Shown one piece after another: positions 17,887-24,776 of a stretch of 24,776 nucleotides of DNA. Source of the stretch: a virus (taxonomy: Duplodnaviria; Heunggongvirae; Uroviricota; Caudoviricetes); the IMG/VR virus record IMGVR_UViG_2778261457_000006, positions 1 through 24,776 of that record; one strand, written 5' to 3'. Each line of letters opens with the position of its first letter. The stretch's first letter is position 1. The notes under the pieces were generated by a model that worked only from the letters and a program-made list of their open reading frames with translations, was not told the origin of the DNA and ran no database searches. Both the position numbers and the translations under genes were made by a program.

Positions 17887-19883
17887 TGGCTAAAGCATGG
17901 AAAGATGTTATCGCCTCTCCACAGTATCAGGCGTTAGCACCAGAACAAAAAGCGCAGGCTCAGGAGCAATACTTCAATGAAGTCGTTGCCCCGCAAGCCG
18001 GAGAAAATGCAGAGCAGGCTAAGCAAGCTTTCTATGCTGCCTATCCATTGCCATCTGTGCAGCCAGTGGAGACACAGCAACCAGTAGCACAGCAACAACC
18101 ACAGCAAAGTGGATTTATGTCTGATCTTGGTGAAGCAGTAAAAGAGACTGGTCGCGGACTGGTGCAGGCTGGCGTGAACGTGGCAAACATACCTGCATCA
18201 GTTGCCGATGCTGTAACAAGCGCTGCGGCTTGGGCTGGCGGTAAACTCGGTATTGGCGATGGTACATATCAACCAGCACCACGAGTAACAACGCAGGGAT
18301 TAGAGCAGGACTTTGGCCTTCAGCAAGGCGCGCTGACTCCACAAACGACAGAGGGAAGGGTATTTGCTGAAGCATTGCCTTACCTCACTCCTGCTGGCGT
18401 TGAGAGAGCGTCAGCACAGGCACCAACACTTGCTGGTCGAATTGCTCAGGGGGCAACTCGCCTTCTCGCTGAAAACACAGTTGGATCACTTGCTGCAAAT
18501 AGTGAGAAAGATGATGCGGAAGCACTCGCCACCGATTTAGGCGTTGGTGTGCTGGCTGGCGGTGCTATTAACGCTGCCGGACGTGGATTAGGTGCTGCTT
18601 ATCGTGGCGTTCGTGGTGCTATTGCGCCAGAAGCGCAGCAGGCTATCAGATTTGCAGAGCGTGAAGGAGTTCCTCTGCACACCACAGACCTGTTACAACC
18701 CACTTCCCGCGTCGGGAAAATGGCGCAGACGACAGCGGAAAATATCCCCCTGGCTGGCACAAGCGGAATGAGAGCAACGCAACAGGAAGCGAGAAGCCAG
18801 TTGGTGCAGAGATTTGCTGATAAATTCGGTGAGTATGATCCAGCTGTTGTTATTGACAGCCTTAAAGCGAAAACATCAGGAATTCGTCGTGCTGCAGGTA
18901 ATCGACTGGAGCAGGTTCAGAATGCTATGGCAGGAGTAAACATTCAGCCTGCACGAGCAATTCAGCAGATTGATACAGAAATATCTAACCTGCAGAAGCT
19001 TGGTAAGGTCGCTGATAACGAGACTATTTCAAAACTTCAGTCCTATCGTGATGAGCTTGTTCGCAATGCTGGTCCTGATGGTCCGGTCAATCTGGATTTG
19101 AAGCAATTAAGCGATCTGCGCAGCCAGTTCAGAATGGACGTGAAGGGTGAGCGACCAGTGTTACCAAACCGTTCCGATGCTGCCATTCAGCGCGTTTACA
19201 AGGCAATGACCGACGATATCAATGGTGCCATTGGTCAGAATCTTGGCAACGATACTCTCCGTAAATATCAGCAGGCCAATGCCGTCTACGCTGACGAAGC
19301 AGCAAAACTAAAGAATACCAGGCTGAAGAATGTTCTCATGAAAGGCGATCTGACGCCGGAAGTTGTCAACAACATGCTATTCAGCAAGAACAAATCGGAA
19401 ATTAAGACTCTGTATAACTCAGTTGGTCGTGTTGGCAGGGCGCAAATGCGCAATGGCATCATTGGAAAGGCGATGGAGAAATCAGGTGGTTCCCCTGACC
19501 AGTTCCTTCGGCAGCTTAACATCCTGCAAAACCAGACTGGCATCACATTTAAAGGTCAGGAAGCCGCTTATCTGAAAGGATTGAAAAACTACCTGCAATC
19601 CACGCAGCAGGCTGCAAAAGCGGCAGTAACAACACCAACAGGGCAGCAAACCATCCCGTTCATTATCGGGTATGGGACGGCAATGAACCCGGCGACAACT
19701 GGCGCAGCGGTAAGCTACGGACTTCTTACTCGCGCCTATGAGAGCGAGCTATTCAGAAATGCAATGCTCCGAATGGCAAACACCCCACGCGGATCAACAG
19801 CCTTTGAGAAAGCAATGCAGCAGGCACAAAAGGCAATTAACGCTCTGACGCAGGGGGCTAAGTCTGATGCGTTGTCAGAATAG
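17886..19883 (+). CDS. ejection protein (P22 gp16-like, 665 aa)
   Basis: Size and synteny (last gene of the ejection-protein block) match P22 gp16. Confidence 0.8.
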   Translation: MAKAWKDVIASPQYQALAPEQKAQAQEQYFNEVVAPQAGENAEQAKQAFYAAYPLPSVQPVETQQPVAQQQPQQSGFMSDLGEAVKETGRGLVQAGVNVANIPASVADAVTSAAAWAGGKLGIGDGTYQPAPRVTTQGLEQDFGLQQGALTPQTTEGRVFAEALPYLTPAGVERASAQAPTLAGRIAQGATRLLAENTVGSLAANSEKDDAEALATDLGVGVLAGGAINAAGRGLGAAYRGVRGAIAPEAQQAIRFAEREGVPLHTTDLLQPTSRVGKMAQTTAENIPLAGTSGMRATQQEARSQLVQRFADKFGEYDPAVVIDSLKAKTSGIRRAAGNRLEQVQNAMAGVNIQPARAIQQIDTEISNLQKLGKVADNETISKLQSYRDELVRNAGPDGPVNLDLKQLSDLRSQFRMDVKGERPVLPNRSDAAIQRVYKAMTDDINGAIGQNLGNDTLRKYQQANAVYADEAAKLKNTRLKNVLMKGDLTPEVVNNMLFSKNKSEIKTLYNSVGRVGRAQMRNGIIGKAMEKSGGSPDQFLRQLNILQNQTGITFKGQEAAYLKGLKNYLQSTQQAAKAAVTTPTGQQTIPFIIGYGTAMNPATTGAAVSYGLLTRAYESELFRNAMLRMANTPRGSTAFEKAMQQAQKAINALTQGAKSDALSE

Positions 19884-19972
19884 CTTTGCAAACACCAGGA
19901 AAGTGCAAAAACCAAATATGTAGAATGCAATGTTCATCATATCTTTTTGCATAAATCCTCCGTAATGGATGG

Positions 19973-20233
19973 TTAGTTGCTGTCTTTTTTATATAGCTCC
20001 TTGAGCGTATCAAAGACAATTTTCTTAACCATATCAGATTGTTGTTCTGCCATACGCTCTGCATCGTCAATGTAAACTGATGCAGAGCTTTGTTTATCCA
20101 ATGATTCTTCAATCGCTGCAATTATCTCTGAGTTCAGCGACCTGTTATTCATCTTCGCGCGCTGCTTAATTTTCGCGTGGAGTTCATGCGGAAGTCTCAA
20201 GTGAAACTGCGCCTCGTCGTATTTGCTGTACAT
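19973..20233 (-). CDS. mnt: Mnt-like ribbon-helix-helix repressor (about 86 aa; upstream alternative start at 20266)
   Basis: Minus-strand translation MYSKYDEAQFHLRLPHELHAKIKQRAKMNNRSLNSEIIAAIEESLDK...YIDDAERMAEQQSDMVKKIVFDTLKELYKKDSN aligns with recalled P22 Mnt along its length. GAGG lies 8 nt upstream of the internal ATG. Confidence 0.8.
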   Translation of the reverse strand: MYSKYDEAQFHLRLPHELHAKIKQRAKMNNRSLNSEIIAAIEESLDKQSSASVYIDDAERMAEQQSDMVKKIVFDTLKELYKKDSN

Positions 20234-20306
20234 CCTTGATGCCTCACCAGTTGGGTGGAATGGCATCGTAACCTACTGGATAAATACTCAATAGTACCAT
20301 TTCGGT

Positions 20307-20329
20307 ATGCAATCACATCATGGTTGCAT
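20307..20329. promoter_or_regulatory. 23-bp palindrome ATGCAATCACATCATGGTTGCAT in the mnt-tailspike divergent intergenic region (candidate operator)
   Basis: 6-bp perfect inverted arms atgcaa/ttgcat separated by 11 bp, between the two divergent start codons. Function is inferred. Confidence 0.35.
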
Positions 20330-20354
20330 CATATCATTCGTCTGGAGCAATGAA

Positions 20355-22286
20355 ATGTCAGATATCACCGCAAATGTTGTAGTGAGCATGCCTTCGCAAC
20401 TCTTCACTATGGCGCGTTCTTTTAAAGCCGTAGCCAATGGCAAAATTTATATCGGTAAAATTGACACTGACCCGGTAAACCCTGAAAACCAGATTCAGGT
20501 TTATGTGGAGAACGAAGACGGCTCTCACGTTCCTGTTTCGCAACCAATAATCATTAACGCTGCTGGTTATCCGGTATATAACGGACAGATTGCCAAGTTC
20601 GTAACTGTGCAAGGCCATTCTATGGCTGTTTATGATGCGTACGGGGCGCAGCAGTTCTATTTTCCGAATGTTCTGAAGTACGACCCGGATCAGTTCACAA
20701 ATCGCCTAGCCGATGTTTATGGCTCAACGCTGGTTGGAGGAGCGTATTTTTCTGATATAAGAACTTATTCTGAGAAATCAAAAAAAATATATTGCCTTGG
20801 GAGGTCAGGGTTATTTGATGGCGGAGAAGGATGGTTTTATTTAGATGATACAGACACTACGAGCGATGATGATGATGGAATCATTTTGGTTGGGGCTTCC
20901 GGTAGGAGATGGAAGAGGGTAATAGAAGGGAGCTACAAACCCGAATGGTGGGGAGCAGATCCTACTGACACCGTTGATTGCCATGCAGCATTTACAAAAT
21001 GCATCGCTGCTGCACGGGGTAAAGAAATTAGTTTAAGTGGTAAATATAAATTTTCAAAACCACTTGTTATTGACTTTAATGATGAGGCGAGCCTGAAAAT
21101 AACAGGTACTGGCTCTTATAATCATATGGCAAATGCCAAAACTAAAAACCTTTGCTATTTAAATTTTGATTCTATACCGCAAAATTCGCGTGCCATTACT
21201 TTTAAGGGAGTAAGAGGTCTGGTTTTAGAAGATTTTCATGTATCGCATCGTGCCGGTGGTAGTTCGCTTTCAGTCGCTTTATGGCTTACTAAAATAGATG
21301 ATTTTAGATTAACTGGTCTTACTGTGGATTCCGATACTGGACCTGGGGGGCAAGGTATCCGCTTTGGGGAATCTAATGGCACAGACTGTGCTTTCATGGG
21401 GAATATCTCTCATTGCAAAGTGTGGATGCATGGAGGTGGCCCTTCTTTCTGTGTGCAACCGGCATGTACTTCATTGCTGTTTGAAAACTGTTATGGCATT
21501 GGTGGTTATTTCTATTTCCAAAATTGTATCTATTGCTCTATGAACACTTGTGCAAGTGAAGGAAGTGAAGTTTCTGGGTATGGCTATATACTGCATTCTG
21601 TTGAAGGGTTTACTGCTATCAACTGCGCAGGGGAAGGAAATAAGTTAGGTGTTTTTTATCTATCTACAGGGTGTTCTCAAGTAGTTCTTACCTCCCCATA
21701 TGGCGCAGGGAATGGAAATCTTACTGGAGACATAGATGGAGCCCTGGTTAAGTTGGATGGCACATCCGGTGCCAATAGTAATATTTTGATAGAAAACCCA
21801 GTATCACATTCGCAGGTAGGTAATGTGACATCTGATATTAATGCTGTAGGCGTCAATGGGCACACAGAAATAACTAATGTGTATTCAGAAAAACTAACAA
21901 AAGGAATAGCTGGTTCTGATTCCTGGATTCAGAACTATTTAACAATTACAGGAGATTTGAGTTGTCGCGACTTTATACCTGGGATCCCTGGTTGGACAGC
22001 TCCAGGAGGTGCGTTAATTGAAGGAAAATTTACAAGAAATAATAAGATTGTATCTTTTTCGGTTAAAGTGTCGCCAACAAACTATCTTTCATGTGAACAT
22101 GGTCTATCAAAAACGACACTTCCGTCATTTGGAGGGCTGTTATATGGAGGTGCAGCACAGGTTTCGAATACTGCTGGTACGAACTATGGATCTGCGATGA
22201 TCGATACTAACGGTGTGGTTTGGATGCCAAACATAACCAGTACGTCAAATGCAATACTCATAAGTGGGTCTGTGTTAACAAACTAA
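20355..22286 (+). CDS. tailspike protein: P22-type N-terminal head-binding domain fused to a different beta-helix-like receptor-binding/depolymerase domain (643 aa)
   Basis: TGGAG 7 nt before ATG 20355. The first ~115 aa ([13 protein letters not shown]...[63 protein letters not shown]) match recalled P22 gp9. The remainder is unrelated to P22, AT-rich and Cys-rich. Confidence 0.88.
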   Translation: MSDITANVVVSMPSQLFTMARSFKAVANGKIYIGKIDTDPVNPENQIQVYVENEDGSHVPVSQPIIINAAGYPVYNGQIAKFVTVQGHSMAVYDAYGAQQFYFPNVLKYDPDQFTNRLADVYGSTLVGGAYFSDIRTYSEKSKKIYCLGRSGLFDGGEGWFYLDDTDTTSDDDDGIILVGASGRRWKRVIEGSYKPEWWGADPTDTVDCHAAFTKCIAAARGKEISLSGKYKFSKPLVIDFNDEASLKITGTGSYNHMANAKTKNLCYLNFDSIPQNSRAITFKGVRGLVLEDFHVSHRAGGSSLSVALWLTKIDDFRLTGLTVDSDTGPGGQGIRFGESNGTDCAFMGNISHCKVWMHGGGPSFCVQPACTSLLFENCYGIGGYFYFQNCIYCSMNTCASEGSEVSGYGYILHSVEGFTAINCAGEGNKLGVFYLSTGCSQVVLTSPYGAGNGNLTGDIDGALVKLDGTSGANSNILIENPVSHSQVGNVTSDINAVGVNGHTEITNVYSEKLTKGIAGSDSWIQNYLTITGDLSCRDFIPGIPGWTAPGGALIEGKFTRNNKIVSFSVKVSPTNYLSCEHGLSKTTLPSFGGLLYGGAAQVSNTAGTNYGSAMIDTNGVVWMPNITSTSNAILISGSVLTN

Positions 22287-22315
22287 TAAATTGATTTGAT
22301 GGGGCATGGATGGGG

Positions 22316-22374
22316 CAAAAATTAGCGCAAAACAACTCAAAATCATCACAGGTTAAGATTCGTCTTGCGCTAAT
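22316..22374 (-). terminator. candidate terminator for int (10-bp inverted repeat with long loop, then U-run on the minus strand)
   Basis: attagcgcaa (22321-22330) / ttgcgctaat (22365-22374), followed on the minus strand by TTTTT (plus 22316-22320). The 34-nt loop makes it weak. Confidence 0.3.
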
Positions 22375-22377
22375 GAT

Positions 22378-23532
22378 TCATGCTTTTCCGTCAATGAAAT
22401 CAGCCCACCACTGCATCATTTCTCTGCGCTTATCCAGATACTGAGCATGGTTGTAAATCCCGCGCACAGATCCACCGTTGGCATGCGCCAGTTGAACCTC
22501 AATCGCGTCAGCAGGCCATTCGTGCTCGTTCATAATCGTGCTGAATTCATGCCTGAATCCGTGTCCGCTTTCCAGACCCTCATATCCGATTTGTTTGATC
22601 ACAAGTAGTACAGCGTTCTCGCAAATTGGCTTCTTCTTATCGTTGCGCCCGGCAAAAACATACTCTGATACTGGTTTAGTGATTGAGCTTAGCGTAGTGA
22701 GAAGTTCAACCACCTGGTCTGACATCGGGACCACATGAATTTTGCGTCCCTTCATCACACTGGCGTCGATGGTGATAATCCTGTTTTCAAAATCGACGTT
22801 CTTCCATTGCATGGAGCGAAGCTCTTTCGTTCTTAGGGCTGTGTAGCGTAAAACTTTGGTCGCAATGAGCGATACGATACTTCCTGAAAATGTTGCCAGT
22901 GCTTTGTTGAATGCAGGGATCTGGTCTGCTGGAAGAAACGGGAAGTTCTTCTTGCGGTATCCTTTCATGGCGTCTGCAAGGTCAGGTGCCGGGTTATATT
23001 TAGCCCTTCCGGTGACAATAGCGTAACGGAAAACCTCGCCGCATCTTCTGCGGGCTTTGTTGGCTCGTTCCATTGCACCGCGATCTTCAAATCTGCGGAT
23101 TACTTCCAGCAGTTGCATCGGCTCAATATCCTGAATCTCAAGACCGCCGATGATGGGTAAAATGTCGTCATCAAACATTTTGGCAAGCTCAGTTGCATAG
23201 CCTACTGACCATACTTGCTTCTTGTGCTCGTACCATTCCTTGTAAATTGCACTAAAGGAATTGTTGTTAGACGAAGCCTTTTTCGCTTTTACCGGATCGA
23301 TGCCAACCGAGATGTCTTTCCTCGCGGTCCATGCTTTATCTCTTGCCTCCTGCAAAGTCATTAGCGGATATTTTCCTACGGTCAGGATTTTCTCCTTACC
23401 GTCAATCTTGTAGCGAAGCTGCCATACCTTTTTCCCTGACACAGGGACATAAAGGTACAGGCCATTACCATCGAGTAGGCGGTATGGTTTTTCTTTCGGC
23501 TTTGCTGCTTCAATCTGCTTAACGGTGAGCAT
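22378..23532 (-). CDS. int: tyrosine integrase, P4 family (about 384 aa from ATG 23532; ORF extends to GTG 23568)
   Basis: N-terminus MLTVKQIEAAKPKEKPYRLLDGNGLYLYVPVSGKKVWQLRYKIDGKEK is the P4-type arm-binding domain. C-terminal ..GHGFRHEF.. and ..LAHANGGSVRGIYNHAQY.. carry the catalytic His/Arg/Tyr region. Resembles my recollection of E. coli K-12 IntS next to argW. Confidence 0.9.
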   Translation of the reverse strand: MLTVKQIEAAKPKEKPYRLLDGNGLYLYVPVSGKKVWQLRYKIDGKEKILTVGKYPLMTLQEARDKAWTARKDISVGIDPVKAKKASSNNNSFSAIYKEWYEHKKQVWSVGYATELAKMFDDDILPIIGGLEIQDIEPMQLLEVIRRFEDRGAMERANKARRRCGEVFRYAIVTGRAKYNPAPDLADAMKGYRKKNFPFLPADQIPAFNKALATFSGSIVSLIATKVLRYTALRTKELRSMQWKNVDFENRIITIDASVMKGRKIHVVPMSDQVVELLTTLSSITKPVSEYVFAGRNDKKKPICENAVLLVIKQIGYEGLESGHGFRHEFSTIMNEHEWPADAIEVQLAHANGGSVRGIYNHAQYLDKRREMMQWWADFIDGKA

Positions 23533-23693
23533 GGGTAAAAATCCGGTGGGTAAAATTATTTTATCCACTTTTTACCCGTCATGGAGTGCGGCTGTCAACG
23601 ATCTGACGCGAACCATTACGAACTGTGAATCTGCGGAAGGCTTGATATTCAGGGAATTTTGCGGACTGGTACGGATGGGAGCGAACTGATAAA

Positions 23694-23768
23694 TGGTGTC
23701 CCCTGCAGGAATCGAACCTGCAATTAGCCCTTAGGAGGGGCTCGTTATATCCATTTAACTAAGAGGAC
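23694..23768 (-). tRNA. argW: tRNA-Arg (anticodon CCT), host argW
   Basis: Reverse complement GTCCTCTTAGTTAAATGGATATAACGAGCCCCTCCTAAGGGCTAATTGCAGGTTCGATTCCTGCAGGGGACACCA folds as a canonical cloverleaf with anticodon loop CTCCTAA. Matches recalled E. coli argW. Confidence 0.9.
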
Positions 23769-23843
23769 AATGCGGCATGAGTATACCCGCTAATGGACTG
23801 CGGGGTAAGTACGCTGCCGCTCGATTGCTTAAACCCTCGCCAT

Positions 23844-24776
23844 TTATGCTGGGTTTTTATCATTTTTCTTAATGTTTTCCGCACGTTCTGCTTTTTGGCG
23901 TGCTTCTGCTTTACGCTTGTTGCTCATGTCGTTACGAATCTGTGCATGACTCATTAACGCGAAGATAAAGGTGCCGCCGCAGATGTTCCCCGCTAAAGTA
24001 GGTAGTGCGAAGGGCCAGATGAAATCGCTCCAGTGCAGCGTGCCGTTAAACACCAGATAGAGGATTTCAACAGAACCGACAACGATGTGGGTGGTGTCAC
24101 CCAGTGCAATAAGCCAGGTCATCAATATAATCACCACAATCTTTGCCGCACCCGCAGCAGGAAACATCCAAACCATAGTGGCGATCAGCCAGCCGGAAAT
24201 GATCGCGTTGGCAAACATCTCGCTGGGGGTGTTCTTCATCACATCCATGCCGATTTTGACAAATGCATCGCGAGTTTCTTCATTGAAGATAGGCATATAT
24301 TCAAATGCCCATGCAGCAATACCTGTCCCGAGAATATTACCCAGCAGCACGACGCCCCATAATCGCATAAGTAAGCCGACGTTGCTCATTGTCGGTTTTT
24401 GCATGACGGGTAGTACCGCAGTCACGGTGTTTTCGGTAAATAATTGCTGGCGGGCCATAATGACGATAATAAAACCAAAGGTATAACCGAGATTCTCCAG
24501 TAAGAAGCTGCCTGGCACTCCTTCCAGTTCGACATGAAATATCCCTTTTGCCAGTAGCGAAGCGCCCATCGACAGACCCGCCGCAATGGCTGACCACAGT
24601 AGCGCCATTGCGTCGCGTTCCAGCTCTTTTTCACCATCCTGGCGGATATGCTCATGAATTGCCATCGCCCGGGAGGGGAGTCGATCTTCATCTATTTCTA
24701 TTTTTTTGCCGCGCTCTTTTTCTTCGCTCTCAACTTCAATTTCGTCGCTGTGTTGATCAATTTTGTCGTTGTCCAT
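23844..24776 (-). CDS. yfdC: inner membrane protein YfdC (formate/nitrite transporter family, 310 aa), host gene
   Basis: Minus-strand ORF ending exactly at the window edge; polytopic membrane protein. Matches recalled E. coli YfdC, which neighbours argW in K-12. Confidence 0.85.
   Translation of the reverse strand: MDNDKIDQHSDEIEVESEEKERGKKIEIDEDRLPSRAMAIHEHIRQDGEKELERDAMALLWSAIAAGLSMGASLLAKGIFHVELEGVPGSFLLENLGYTFGFIIVIMARQQLFTENTVTAVLPVMQKPTMSNVGLLMRLWGVVLLGNILGTGIAAWAFEYMPIFNEETRDAFVKIGMDVMKNTPSEMFANAIISGWLIATMVWMFPAAGAAKIVVIILMTWLIALGDTTHIVVGSVEILYLVFNGTLHWSDFIWPFALPTLAGNICGGTFIFALMSHAQIRNDMSNKRKAEARQKAERAENIKKNDKNPA

Noticed and set aside
19736-20121. Minus-strand ORFs 19736..19930 and 19858..20121 near the gp16 end and mnt
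   Set aside because: They overlap gp16 and mnt in other frames. mnt is supported by strong similarity to P22 Mnt and these are not.
20307-20354. Tailspike start at ATG 20307 (ORF-track start, [16 protein letters not shown]...)
   Set aside because: The conserved tailspike N-terminus begins MSDITANVV at ATG 20355, which has a well-placed TGGAG RBS. The 20307 ATG lies inside the intergenic palindrome and the extension is not conserved.
23569-23693. Small ORF or excisionase between int and argW
   Set aside because: No ORF of plausible length with a start and RBS in either strand; the region is better explained as the att arm with repeated motifs.

Overview
The window is the right-hand end of a mosaic lambdoid/P22-like (Sf6-type) prophage integrated at the host tRNA-Arg gene argW, plus the host flank (argW, yfdC). 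No unambiguous novel multi-gene system (defense island, CRISPR, toxin cluster) was found; the best candidates for undescribed biology are listed as findings. All protein identifications are from recalled family knowledge and reading the six-frame translations; no database search or alignment was run. Left to right: (1) lambda-like nin region (ninD, ninE, ninF, an AT-rich membrane-protein ORF, a ybcO-like DUF1364 gene with an apparent 1-nt frameshift at codon 2, rusA, ninH) and late antiterminator Q; (2) lambda-type pR'/qut/6S leader/tR', followed immediately by two tandem tRNA-like genes; (3) lambda-type lysis cassette S (dual start), R, Rz with embedded Rz1; (4) accessory genes (Rha-family regulator, Gp49-like protein, 80-aa ORF); (5) P22-like packaging and morphogenesis genes (small and large terminase with a P22-type pac sequence, portal, scaffold, coat, gp4, gp10, Sf6-type tail needle, gp14, ejection proteins gp7/gp20/gp16); (6) an orphan Mnt-like repressor divergent from a tailspike whose receptor-binding domain is replaced by an AT-rich, Cys-rich beta-helix-like module; (7) a P4-family tyrosine integrase convergent with the tailspike, the att region, argW and yfdC. 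Other points of interest are a 60-bp hexanucleotide repeat encoding an acidic (EP/EQ)n linker in a small ORF overlapping gp4, and the atypical int/tailspike/att arrangement.
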